From: an uncultured Myxococcales bacterium
GTDB lineage: Bacteria; Myxococcota_A; Polyangia; Polyangiales; Houyiibacteriaceae
Length of the DNA stretch: 64,000 nucleotides
Direction: 5' to 3'
Assembly (NCBI GenBank): GCA_965601515.1
Contig: CBFCWN010000008.1
Location: 4,379 to 68,378 of the forward strand
Of the stretch, positions 16,798 to 26,150 are shown in pieces. Under the pieces are notes generated by a model, which saw only the letters and a list, made by a program, of their open reading frames with translations, was not told where the DNA came from and made no database searches. How positions within the stretch are numbered: the stretch's first letter is position 1; every line of letters begins with the position of its first letter. Both the position numbers and the translations under genes were made by a program.

Positions 16798-17958
16798 ATG
16801 GGCCGCGTGTACTACTCCTCTTCGGCTCAGGAGTTCTTTATCACTGGAGAGAGACGATATCCCGCGCCGGTCATTGCGGTATCGAATCGGACGCAGGCTA
16901 GCCAACCCCCGCTCGAAATCGCACCCGCGCAAGAGCCGGCCAGGCCGAAGCGCCGTACGACGCTGCCGAACGACCTTCTCGACCGTACCGACGAGGAAGC
17001 CGCCCGCCGCCTCGCGCTCAAGGCCGTTGCCGCGGCGCGCGCCGCGGAGCGTCGACTCGACGATCGAGCCGACCCTGAAGCGCTCCACGACTTTCGCGTT
17101 GCGGTCCGGCGGCTGCGGAGCCTGCTTCGCGCGTACAAGCCTCAGCTCGAAACCGCGGTGCGAAAGAAAGACCGGCAGACGCTTCGCGACATCCAGCGCG
17201 CCACGGGCGGCGGGCGCGAAGCAGAGGTCGCCCTCGAGTGGCTAACCAAGCAGCGAGACCTTTCCTCCGAGCACCTCGCCGGTCTCAACTGGCTCTCTGC
17301 GACCCTCATGGCGCGGAAGCGCGAGTGCGAGCACGCGCTCGACGGTGAGGTGCGCGCCGAGTTTCGCAGGACCGCGGACCGGCTTGAAGAGAAGCTCGCG
17401 ATCATGAAGAGCGAGACGAACCTGCTCGCGGATGGGTTCGAGACGAGCTTCGGTCGAACCCTGGCCAACCTCACCGAGGCGCACGCGACCGACCTTCTCG
17501 TTCAGCTCAGCCAGATCGTGCGAATGGACGACGTGGAGCGCCTCCACGAGGCGCGCATCCTCGGAAAGCGACTTCGCTACCTACTCGAGCCCGTGCGTGC
17601 CTACGTCGACGAAGCGCAGCCCGTCGTGAAGCGCGCGAAGCGTCTTCAGGACTTGCTCGGCGACCTCAACGACGTGCACGTGCTGATGAACGAAATCGAC
17701 CACGCGTTCGACGACTCGCTCAAAGAGAAGGCCAGCCGTATCAAAGCGTCTCTCGCCCGCGGTGACATCGACCGGGCGCGTCGCGACGCGACGATGCTCG
17801 AGTGGGCCGGGCTCGTCGAGCTCTACAGTCGCTTGGAGAACGAGCGCCGGACACTCATCGCGAAGCTCCGTGACAAGTGGCTCGAGCGTGACCTCGACGC
17901 GCTGGTGGGCCAGGCCCGTGACCTTGCCCACGACCTTCGCGCTCGCGACCCTCAGTAG
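16798..17958 (+). CDS. CHAD domain protein (polyphosphate-binding family)
   Basis: LHDFRVAVRRLRS, LHEARILGKRLRY, LQDLLGDLND; start uncertain. Confidence 0.88.
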   Translation: MGRVYYSSSAQEFFITGERRYPAPVIAVSNRTQASQPPLEIAPAQEPARPKRRTTLPNDLLDRTDEEAARRLALKAVAAARAAERRLDDRADPEALHDFRVAVRRLRSLLRAYKPQLETAVRKKDRQTLRDIQRATGGGREAEVALEWLTKQRDLSSEHLAGLNWLSATLMARKRECEHALDGEVRAEFRRTADRLEEKLAIMKSETNLLADGFETSFGRTLANLTEAHATDLLVQLSQIVRMDDVERLHEARILGKRLRYLLEPVRAYVDEAQPVVKRAKRLQDLLGDLNDVHVLMNEIDHAFDDSLKEKASRIKASLARGDIDRARRDATMLEWAGLVELYSRLENERRTLIAKLRDKWLERDLDALVGQARDLAHDLRARDPQ

Positions 17959-18482
17959 TCGAGAATCGAAATCACCCGGTGGGGCTCGAGTTTCTTCGCG
18001 CCGCCGAGGGCGATGAGGTTGATGACGAACACGAAGGCGGTGACCTTCGCCCCGCAGCGTGCGACGAGCTCGGCCGAGGCCTTCGCGGTACCCCCGGTCG
18101 CGATCAAATCGTCCACGATGACCACCCGATCGCCGGGGCGTAGCGCGTCTTGGTGAATCTCGACGGCATCGGCTCCGTACTCGAGCTCGTACTCGACCCG
18201 GTACGTGGCCGCGGGAAGCTTTCCTGGTTTGCGAACGGGCACGAAGCCCACGCTGAGCTTGTCGGCCAGCGCAGCGCCGAACATGAAGCCTCGAGACTCG
18301 ATGCCGATGACCGCGTCGACCGGAGCATCCCCCAGCGCGTCGACCATGGTTTGGATCGTCGCACGGAACGCGTGGACATCGGCCAGGAGCGGCGTAATGT
18401 CTTTGAAGAGAATCCCCTCGCTCGGGAAATCGGGAACGTCTCGGATGCAGCTCCGAATGAGACTCAAGCGGTCGTCCGTCAT
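17952..18482 (-). CDS. apt: adenine phosphoribosyltransferase
   Basis: DFP..GILFKDITPLL, ESRGF, RKPGKLP, YELEYG, VDDLIATGGT. Confidence 0.97.
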   Translation of the reverse strand: MTDDRLSLIRSCIRDVPDFPSEGILFKDITPLLADVHAFRATIQTMVDALGDAPVDAVIGIESRGFMFGAALADKLSVGFVPVRKPGKLPAATYRVEYELEYGADAVEIHQDALRPGDRVVIVDDLIATGGTAKASAELVARCGAKVTAFVFVINLIALGGAKKLEPHRVISILDY

Positions 18483-19243
18483 CAGTCCTCCGTCGGGCCA
18501 GCCACGTATGCCGCAACCCCGATGTGGTCCGGCTGGGTGGCCTCGATGCTGAGCGGCGTGACCGAGATGTACCCTTCGTCGAGCGCCTCGGTGTCTGCTC
18601 CCTCGACCGGCTCGTTTTTCACGCCGCCTGCCCCGCCGATCCAGAGATAGTGCCGTCCGCGCGGGTCGTCGCGCACCTCGACCTCGTCGGAGTAGAGGCG
18701 AAAGCCGAGCCTCGTTGCGCGAATGCCCTTGGGCGGCGAGTGCGGAAAGTTGATGTTGAGAAGGACCGCCTGGCCTTCCGGGGGAGTCGCACGCAGCAGC
18801 TGCTTTGCAAAGCGCTTCCCGTACTGCGCCGCACCCTCCATGTCCGACGAGCAGTTCGAGAGCGCGATGGAGGGGACCCCGCGAAGCGCGCCTTCACGAG
18901 CCGCAGCGACGGTGCCCGAGTAGTGCACGTCGTTGCCGAGATTCGGCCCGTGGTTGATGCCAGACACCACGAGGTCGGGGCGCCGCGGAAGAAGATCTTT
19001 CAAAAAGAACGCGACATACACGCAGTCGGCCGGTGTTCCGTCGACCGCCCACACACGAGGCTCGACCTCGTTGAACCGAAGCGGATGGTGAAGCGTAATC
19101 GAGTGACTCTTGGCGCTTTGCTCGGTCTGGGGCGCCACCGTGTAGACCTCCGCAAACGTCGACAGCGCCCTTCGAAGCTCGATGTTGCCCGGCGCGTCCA
19201 CCCCGTCATCGTTCGAAACCAGAATCAGGGGACGGTCCGACAT
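18482..19243 (-). CDS. surE: 5'/3'-nucleotidase SurE
   Basis: ILVSNDDG, GTPADCV, SGINHGPN, YSGTVAAA, ISVTPL. Confidence 0.97.
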   Translation of the reverse strand: MSDRPLILVSNDDGVDAPGNIELRRALSTFAEVYTVAPQTEQSAKSHSITLHHPLRFNEVEPRVWAVDGTPADCVYVAFFLKDLLPRRPDLVVSGINHGPNLGNDVHYSGTVAAAREGALRGVPSIALSNCSSDMEGAAQYGKRFAKQLLRATPPEGQAVLLNINFPHSPPKGIRATRLGFRLYSDEVEVRDDPRGRHYLWIGGAGGVKNEPVEGADTEALDEGYISVTPLSIEATQPDHIGVAAYVAGPTED

Positions 19244-19294
19244 GCCAAGAACGGCCTATCGCGATGTCGTGGGGCAGGCAAAGCAATTGAGGGA

Positions 19295-19320
19295 GGCCGG
19301 GGGGCTTTCGCCCTCCGGTC
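19295..19320 (-). terminator. GC-rich GAAA-tetraloop hairpin immediately 3' of tRNA-Pro
   Basis: Minus strand GACCGGAGGGC-GAAA-GCCCCCCGGCC; no clear U-tract. Confidence 0.45.
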
Positions 19321-19326
19321 TACCAA

Positions 19327-19403
<77 letters not shown>

Positions 19404-19486
19404 TCCACCCTCTATGCGAGGGCTGCGGAGCCTAGCCCAGGTCGTTCGGGAGGCAACTAAAAAGCCAACGCCCGGAACGCAGGCGA

Positions 19487-19942
19487 TCAGGCGTCGGGGG
19501 CGCGCCCCGCGGAGGCGGGAACCACCTGATGTACGGTGACCTGCACCTGCGGAGACTCGATCGGAGTCGCGGCGGCTTCGGAAAGCTGTTCGAGCAGGTC
19601 GGTGAGCTGTTCGCGGAGACCGAGAAGCTCGGCGCGGAGCGCAACCTCGCGCGCAGCGCGGGGCTCCGGCGGGCTCGTTCGCTGATGGTGACCGAGATCG
19701 CGGATGCGCTTTCGGGCGCCGGGAATCGTGTAGCCCTCGTCGTGAAGAAGCTGCCGGATCAGCATGGCGAGCTCGACGTCCTTGCGGCTGTACTGACGAT
19801 GCGAGCCGCGCGTCTTCTTCGGACGAAGCGCGGCGAACTCGGTTTCCCAGTAGCGAAGGGCGTGTGGCTTGACGCCTACGATGTCGGCGACTTCGCCGAT
19901 CTTGAAGAAGAGTTTGTCAGGGAGTTGAGTCCGTCGTGTCAT
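19487..19942 (-). CDS. MerR family transcriptional regulator
   Basis: [29 protein letters not shown]; conserved pheT-ihfA-merR-tRNA-Pro synteny. Confidence 0.93.
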   Translation of the reverse strand: MTRRTQLPDKLFFKIGEVADIVGVKPHALRYWETEFAALRPKKTRGSHRQYSRKDVELAMLIRQLLHDEGYTIPGARKRIRDLGHHQRTSPPEPRAAREVALRAELLGLREQLTDLLEQLSEAAATPIESPQVQVTVHQVVPASAGRAPDA

Positions 19943-19951
19943 GACTGCTGC

Positions 19952-20260
19952 TCAGAAATCTGCCCCGTTCTCTTTCGAACGGTGCGGGTTGAGCACGGTC
20001 TTGAGTACTTGGCTGGGCTTGAAAGTCAATACTCGCCGCGCGCTGATCGGAATTGGCGCGCCGGTTTGCGGGTTTCGCCCGATGCGCTGCTTCTTGGCGC
20101 GCACCACGAAATTCCCGAAGCCCGAGATCTTGATCTTCTCGCCCTCAGCGAGGACGTCTTTCATCGTATCGAAGACGGCTTCGACGACTTCGGCCGCCTC
20201 TTTTTTCGAGAAGCCACCAACCTTCTCGTACACGGCATCGATGATTTCGGCTTTCGTCAT
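19952..20260 (-). CDS. ihfA: integration host factor subunit alpha
   Basis: MTKAEI, KISGFGNF, RIGRNPQTG, RRVLTFKPS; follows pheT. Confidence 0.96.
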   Translation of the reverse strand: MTKAEIIDAVYEKVGGFSKKEAAEVVEAVFDTMKDVLAEGEKIKISGFGNFVVRAKKQRIGRNPQTGAPIPISARRVLTFKPSQVLKTVLNPHRSKENGADF

Positions 20261-20380
20261 TCAGCTACAACCTCCAGAGGCCCGGTAGGCGCAGAAAACC
20301 ACAAATCGGTTTGAATCTCAAGGGTTTGGCAGAGATCGAATCCGACAAATGTGCGCATCCTCGCACATCGGCTCAAATCG

Positions 20381-22861
20381 TCATCGGAGGGTAGCCTCAA
20401 AGCGCTCTCGGGCGATCTTCGCGAGACCTGCGTGCACCTTGTCGACTCGTTTATCGGTGAGCGTCGCGTCTGGATCTCGATACGTCACACGGAAGGCCAG
20501 ACTCCGGTGTCCGTCCGGGATCTGATCGCCGAGGTACAGGTCGAACAAAGTCACCGACTCCGCGAGACCTTTCGACGCGTCTTGCAGGGCTTCGGCGATC
20601 TCGCCCGCGGTAAATGCGTCCTTTACCAACATGGCGATGTCCCGATGAACGGCGGGGAACTTCGGGAGCCCCTTGGCCTGCATCGGGCCAAGTGCCTCCG
20701 ATAGATCGTAGAGGGCGGCGACGTCGAGCTCGGCGTAGACAACCCGTCCTTGGAGCTCGAGGTCGTCGGCGACGTCGGGATGAATCTCACCGACGACACC
20801 CACCGGACGCGATTCGAGCAGAACGATCGCGGATCGCTTGGGGTGCATGTACGGGGGGACGTCCCCAGGCGCGAGGCTCGGCGTGCGCCCGAACACGGCG
20901 TCGAGGAGCGCTTCGAGCACGCCTTTTCCGTCGTAGAGGTCGAATGGCTGCTCTCCGCCGATCCAGCCCGCGCGGTCGCCGGCGAGGGCGATCGCCAGCG
21001 TCGTCTGCTCGACGGGTAGGACGTCGTCGCTCGGTTCGAACGTACGGGCGATCTCGAACAGCCGAACCTCGTGGGCGCCATGCCGCTGAGCGCGAGCGGC
21101 GGCGCCGGTCAAGCCAGGCAGGAGCGAGGTTCGCATGACGGAGCGTTCCTCGGAAAGCGGGTTGGCCAAGGGGACGGCGTCGGTGCTTACCCGGGCGTCC
21201 TTCAGCTCGTCGGTCGACAAGAAGCCGTAGTTGATCGCCTCGTAGAGGCCGGCGCGAACCGCGGCGTTCCGCAATGCGTCGACCGTTTTCAGGAGTCCCG
21301 GCGTTCCCGCCTCGGACGGATGGACGCGGGGGACCGCGGTCGGAATCTGGTCGTAGCCGCGGACACGGGCGACCTCTTCGATCAGATCGACCTCGCGCTG
21401 GAGGTCGGGACGCCAGCTCGGGGCCTCTGCCTCGATGCGCCTATCGTCATCGGAGACGATTCGACAGCCGATCGAGGGCAAGATCGTCATGCACTCGTCC
21501 TTCGAGACGGCTGTTCCGAGCAGTTTGGTGGCCCGCGAGGGGCGAATCGCGATGACGCGGGACTCGTAGGGCTTCGCGACGCGGTCGATTGCGGTCGTGG
21601 CCGCCGCGCCGCCACCGAGCTCGGCGATGAGCGCGGACGCACTTGCGAGAACGCGCGGCACGGCTCCGGGGTCGACGCCTCGCTCGAACCGGTGGCTCGA
21701 GTCGGTGTGAAGACCAAGTCTACGAGAGGTGCGCCGAACCGATCGCGGATCGAAGTACGCGCACTCGATGAGCACATCTTGGGTCTCGTCGCGAATCTCG
21801 CTCTCGAGTCCACCCATCACGCCTGCCACCGCGACCGGCCCTTCCCCGTCGCAGATGAGAAGATCGTCGGCTGTGAACGTCCGCTCGACGCCGTCGAGGG
21901 TCGCCATCTTTTCGCCGTCGTGCGCAAGGCGGACCACCACCTTCGAACCGCGTAGCTGGTGAAGGTCAAACCCATGAATCGGATGCCCCCACTCGAGCAG
22001 AATCAGGTTGGTGGCATCGACCACGTTGGACAGCGCACGCAGTCCGAGGTTGTGGAGCCGATAGCGAAGCCAAAACGGAGACGACGCGATCGTCACTCCG
22101 GACACCAGTGCAGCCCCGTACCGCGGGCAGCGTTCGGGGTCCGCAATCTCGACGGACACCGCGGGAAGTTCGGGCGAGTCGACCGAGTCGCCTTCCGCAT
22201 CCCAAAGAGGCGCTAGCTTGGTCGTCGGCTGACCCGACTCGAAGGCTCCACCGGCCGAGAAGACCTCGCGTGGGCCGGCGGCCTTTCGCGGCGTGTACGG
22301 GGTACCGAACAGAACGCCGATTTCACGGGCGATGCCGACGTGACCCAGGCAGTCGGGCCGGTTCGGGGTGAGTCCAATGTCGAGAATGACGTCGCGAAGA
22401 TCGAGCGCCTCGGCGACGAGCGTTCCCGGATGCCAATCATGCTCGTCCCCGACGACGAAGATGCCTTCGTGGTCGGCACCGATGTCGAGCTCCGCTTCGC
22501 TGCAGATCATGCCGTTCGACTCGACCCCGCCTACTTTGCGCGGCTCGATCTCCATCCCATTGGGCAGGACGGCGCCTGGGCGGGCGAATAGGACACGGCC
22601 CCCCGGGTCTGGAACGTTCGCCGCGCCGCAGACGACGTCCAGCTCGTCTTCGCCATCGAAGACCCGGACGAGGGTGAGCTTGTCGCGCTTTGGGTGGCGG
22701 GCCTTCGAGCGAACCTCGGCGATGACGACCGAGTCGAGGCCCTCCCCCTTCTTCTCCATCGCTTCGACTTCCAGCCCGGCGAGCGAAATACGCTCGGCGA
22801 TGTCGGCGACGTCCGCGTCGACGGGGCAGAGCTCTTGCAACCAGCGATAGGAAACCAACAT
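20381..22861 (-). CDS. pheT: phenylalanine-tRNA ligase beta subunit
   Basis: VVCGAAN, SNGMICS, TPNRPDCL, RFERGVD, DLIEEVAR, MRTSLLPG, FDX-ACB C-terminus. Confidence 0.98.
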   Translation of the reverse strand: MLVSYRWLQELCPVDADVADIAERISLAGLEVEAMEKKGEGLDSVVIAEVRSKARHPKRDKLTLVRVFDGEDELDVVCGAANVPDPGGRVLFARPGAVLPNGMEIEPRKVGGVESNGMICSEAELDIGADHEGIFVVGDEHDWHPGTLVAEALDLRDVILDIGLTPNRPDCLGHVGIAREIGVLFGTPYTPRKAAGPREVFSAGGAFESGQPTTKLAPLWDAEGDSVDSPELPAVSVEIADPERCPRYGAALVSGVTIASSPFWLRYRLHNLGLRALSNVVDATNLILLEWGHPIHGFDLHQLRGSKVVVRLAHDGEKMATLDGVERTFTADDLLICDGEGPVAVAGVMGGLESEIRDETQDVLIECAYFDPRSVRRTSRRLGLHTDSSHRFERGVDPGAVPRVLASASALIAELGGGAAATTAIDRVAKPYESRVIAIRPSRATKLLGTAVSKDECMTILPSIGCRIVSDDDRRIEAEAPSWRPDLQREVDLIEEVARVRGYDQIPTAVPRVHPSEAGTPGLLKTVDALRNAAVRAGLYEAINYGFLSTDELKDARVSTDAVPLANPLSEERSVMRTSLLPGLTGAAARAQRHGAHEVRLFEIARTFEPSDDVLPVEQTTLAIALAGDRAGWIGGEQPFDLYDGKGVLEALLDAVFGRTPSLAPGDVPPYMHPKRSAIVLLESRPVGVVGEIHPDVADDLELQGRVVYAELDVAALYDLSEALGPMQAKGLPKFPAVHRDIAMLVKDAFTAGEIAEALQDASKGLAESVTLFDLYLGDQIPDGHRSLAFRVTYRDPDATLTDKRVDKVHAGLAKIARERFEATLR

Positions 22862-22870
22862 CGATCGAAC

Positions 22871-23959
22871 CTAGAACTGCGACAGGAAGCGCACGTCGTT
22901 TTCGTAGAGCAGCTTGATGTTCGGAATGCCGTACTTGAGCATCGCGATGCGGTCGAGCCCCATGCCGAACGCAAAGCCCGTGTATTTCTCCGGGTCGTAG
23001 CCGACGTTCTCGAAGACGACTGGGTGAATCATTCCGCAGCCGAGAATCTCCATCCAACCCGTACCCTTGCAGACGCGGCACGCGGCGGTGCGCTCCTTGT
23101 CGCCCTCCCAGGCGCGGCAAAAGACGCAGCTCATGTCGACCTCGCCACCCGGCTCGACGAACGGGAAATAGCTCGCGCGGAAACGCACCGCGATGTGCTC
23201 GTCGAATAGGCGCCGAAGGAACAGCGTGAGCACGCCCTTGAGCTCGGCAAAGCTCACGTCTTCGTCGACGAGGAATCCTTCTAGCTGAAAGAACATCGGG
23301 GAATGGGTCGCATCGTCGTCGCGACGATACACCGCTCCCGGAGACACGATGGCGAGCGGCGGCTGCCGCTTTTCCATTTCGCGAATCTGGATGGTCGAGG
23401 TCTGCGTGCGCAGCAGAACGCTTTCCGGATTCTGGGATCGATTGCCCTCGATGAAGAACGTGTCGTGCTCATCGGTTGCCGGATGGTCCGGTGGGAAGCC
23501 GAGCTTGTCGAAGCAGTTCTCGTAGAGCTCGACCTCGGGCCCGTCGGCGATGTCGAATCCGAGCGACACGAAGATCTCGAGGACGTCGTTCCGTACGCGG
23601 GTGATCGGATGAAGGCGGCCGGGCATCTGCCAGCGACCGGGGAGCGTCACGTCGAGCGCAGCGCCGGTGAGCTCTGCCTCGCGGGCGGCGCGGTGAATGC
23701 CCTCGAGCGCGGCGTCGAACGTCGCCTGGATGTCGTGCTTGAGCGCGTTCGCTGCTTGACCGAGCTCCCGACGGCGGTCGCCAGGAAGCTTCGGCATCAG
23801 CTTGAGGAGCTTGGTGAGCTCGCCCTGTGGGCCGACGTAGCGGGCGTTGATCAGACGAAGCTCGGGCTCGTCTTTCGCAGCACGGAGCGCGGGCTCGAAA
23901 CCCTCGCGGAGTTGAAGGAGCCCGTCTTCGAACGTCTGAACCGCATCAGGCTCTGCCAT
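22871..23959 (-). CDS. pheS: phenylalanine-tRNA ligase alpha subunit
   Basis: GRLHPI, HPA...DTF, LLRTQTS, DATHSPMF.Q.EG, YFPFVEP, GFAFGMGLDR. Confidence 0.98.
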   Translation of the reverse strand: MAEPDAVQTFEDGLLQLREGFEPALRAAKDEPELRLINARYVGPQGELTKLLKLMPKLPGDRRRELGQAANALKHDIQATFDAALEGIHRAAREAELTGAALDVTLPGRWQMPGRLHPITRVRNDVLEIFVSLGFDIADGPEVELYENCFDKLGFPPDHPATDEHDTFFIEGNRSQNPESVLLRTQTSTIQIREMEKRQPPLAIVSPGAVYRRDDDATHSPMFFQLEGFLVDEDVSFAELKGVLTLFLRRLFDEHIAVRFRASYFPFVEPGGEVDMSCVFCRAWEGDKERTAACRVCKGTGWMEILGCGMIHPVVFENVGYDPEKYTGFAFGMGLDRIAMLKYGIPNIKLLYENDVRFLSQF

Positions 23960-23974
23960 CGCGCTCCGACCGGC

Positions 23975-24319
23975 TTATTCGATCGCGTCGACGACGGCTT
24001 TGAAACCACCGGGATCGGCCACGGCGATCTCGGCAAGGATCTTGCGGTCGAGCTCGATGTTCGACCGCTTCAGGCCGGCGATGAACTTGCTGTAGTTGAT
24101 GCCGTTCGTACGCGCGGCGGCGTTGATGCGCGTGATCCAGAGACGACGGTACTCACGCTTCTTGGTGCGACGATGCCGGTAGGCATCTTCCCAGGCGTTG
24201 TGCACCTGCTCGATGGCAACGTGGAACGACTTGCGACGCGCGCCGTAGTAACCCTTGGCGTGCTTCAGCAGACGATTGCGGCGACGGCGGGCCTTGAAGC
24301 CCCTTCTGACTCTCGGCAT
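23975..24319 (-). CDS. rplT: 50S ribosomal protein L20
   Basis: [33 protein letters not shown]. Confidence 0.98.
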   Translation of the reverse strand: MPRVRRGFKARRRRNRLLKHAKGYYGARRKSFHVAIEQVHNAWEDAYRHRRTKKREYRRLWITRINAAARTNGINYSKFIAGLKRSNIELDRKILAEIAVADPGGFKAVVDAIE

Positions 24320-24337
24320 GGCGTACCTCCTTCGACC

Positions 24338-24538
24338 TTAGAGCTCGTAAGGGAGCAAACGCCGAATCCGCGGCTCGTCGGCGGGGTCGACCATGGAGTT
24401 CTTCTTGAGCCTGCGCAACCGGTTGGCCGGTTTGCCGCGCATCAAGTGCTGCTTGCCCGCGGTGGAGCGACGAATGCGCCCTCCCCCGGTGGCCTTGAAG
24501 CGCTTTGCAGCAGCGCGCTTGGTCTTCATTTTAGGCAT
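24338..24538 (-). CDS. rpmI: 50S ribosomal protein L35
   Basis: MPKMKTKRAAAKRFK...RRLLPY; GAGGA SD upstream of ATG at 24538. Confidence 0.97.
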   Translation of the reverse strand: MPKMKTKRAAAKRFKATGGGRIRRSTAGKQHLMRGKPANRLRRLKKNSMVDPADEPRIRRLLPYEL

Positions 24539-24603
24539 GTTGCTGTCCTCACTTGAAAGCTCCCGAGCCAGCGAACCCCGCGGCCGGAGAGCGGAGAACG
24601 CCG

Positions 24604-24631
24604 TGTGTAGCGCACCCCCCACCCCAGTCAA
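24604..24631 (-). promoter_or_regulatory. putative sigma70 promoter for rpmI-rplT
   Basis: TTGACT-16 nt-TACACA on minus strand upstream of rpmI. Confidence 0.45.
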
Positions 24632-24736
24632 GCAGATCGGGGACACGCAGCCCCCCCAAAACCTATCTCTTTTCAACCACTTGCAGATCAACCCGCGCGT
24701 TTCGCCCCGTCCCCACTCTCACACCATGCGGGAACC

Positions 24737-25585
24737 GTGTCGCACGAACCAGTGGGCGCTATCCTGACCCGAGTGCCGAACGACGCCCCCAACCGTTCCA
24801 TGGTCTTCGTGCTCGGCGGTGCGCTCGGAGTCTCACTCCTCGTGATCGCCTTCCTCCTCGGCCGCGAATCGTCGCGGACCAATGACGAGGAGACGGCGTC
24901 GGCAAGCGCCGACCCTCTGCCCGCGGCGGCCGACCCGGACCAACCTTCTGCGACCGCAGGAGTGAATCTCGAAAGGCAGTGGCCCAAATGGGCGGACCTC
25001 GACGAATCGCAGGCGGGCGAAGCCGAAACGCAGTCGGACCCGAGCTACCAGCCTCGGATCGAAACGGGGGCCAGCGGTCGCATCCTGCTCTCGAACAGGA
25101 ACCTCGACGGCTCCTCGCATTCACCGACGACCGCGGCGCCCTCGCCTCGGCAAGCATCACCCGCGACTGCCGAAAGGCCAGCCGCAGGCAGCTCGAATGG
25201 AGCCGACGTCGTTTCGTATTTCCAGCGCGTCGACGCGATCCGCTCGAGCAGCGCCGCCGTCGACCCGAACGCCTTCGCGATGGATCTCATCAAGGCCACC
25301 ATGAAGGGCTCGACCGAGGGCTTCGACGAGCTGATCGACGACACGAAGCGGATGCGGGCCGAGACGGCAGCAATCGACGCCCCACCCGAGTGTCAGGCGT
25401 ACCACCGCGAGTCGCTGGCGGCCCTCGACGAGAGTCAGGCCGTCCTCGAAACGATGAAGACCGCGATTCAGAAGGGCGACATGCAGGCGCTGACCCGCAT
25501 CACGCAGCAAGCCAGCGCCCTTCAGGCCAGGGCCGAAACGCTCGACGCGCTTCGCAGCCAAATCCTCGCGAACGCGCGGCGCTGA
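24737..25585 (+). CDS. hypothetical single-pass membrane protein with helical C-terminal domain
   Basis: N-terminal TM (VFVLGGALGVSLLVIAFLLG), Pro/Ser/Ala-rich linker, amphipathic helical C-terminus; start uncertain. Confidence 0.75.
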   Translation: MSHEPVGAILTRVPNDAPNRSMVFVLGGALGVSLLVIAFLLGRESSRTNDEETASASADPLPAAADPDQPSATAGVNLERQWPKWADLDESQAGEAETQSDPSYQPRIETGASGRILLSNRNLDGSSHSPTTAAPSPRQASPATAERPAAGSSNGADVVSYFQRVDAIRSSSAAVDPNAFAMDLIKATMKGSTEGFDELIDDTKRMRAETAAIDAPPECQAYHRESLAALDESQAVLETMKTAIQKGDMQALTRITQQASALQARAETLDALRSQILANARR

Positions 25586-25586
25586 A

Positions 25587-26150
25587 TCAGCGGGTCTGCT
25601 GAACTTTCACGCGGGGTGCGAGAATCGCCGTCATCGTACGACCTTCGAGTCGCGCGGGAGTCTCGACGGAACCGATGTCGTCGATCGCCTCGACGATTAG
25701 ATCGATCTGACGCTTCGCAGTCTCGGGGTGTGTGATCTCGCGGCCGCGGAAGCGCACCGTGATCTTCACCTTGTTCCCCTCTTCGAGGAACCGCCGAACG
25801 TGCTTGATCTTGAACTCGACGTCGTGATCGTCCGTCTTCGGGCGAAGCTTGATTTCCTTCAGCGCGATCTGCGTCTGCCGCTTGCGCGCCTCGTTCTGCT
25901 TCTTCTTTTCCTCGTACTTGAACTTACCGAAGTCCATGATCTTGCAGACCGGCGGACTTGCCTTCGGGTTTACCTCCACGAGGTCGAGGTCGAGGCTCCG
26001 CGCCATCTGGCGCGCCTCGTCGGTGTTCATGACGCCCATCATGTTGCCGTCGGCTCCGATGACACGGATCTCCGGCACTCGAATGCGATCGTTCACTCGC
26101 GGACCGAAGTTCCGCGGGCGATCGCGTGGTCCAAAACGCGGTCTAGCGAT
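25587..26150 (-). CDS. infC: translation initiation factor IF-3 (ATC start codon)
   Basis: NDRIR..EIRVI, LDLVEV, PPVCKIMDFGKFKYE, KEIKLRP, FRGRE; in-frame ATC at 26150 preceded by AGGAGA. Confidence 0.96.
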   Translation of the reverse strand: MARPRFGPRDRPRNFGPRVNDRIRVPEIRVIGADGNMMGVMNTDEARQMARSLDLDLVEVNPKASPPVCKIMDFGKFKYEEKKKQNEARKRQTQIALKEIKLRPKTDDHDVEFKIKHVRRFLEEGNKVKITVRFRGREITHPETAKRQIDLIVEAIDDIGSVETPARLEGRTMTAILAPRVKVQQTR

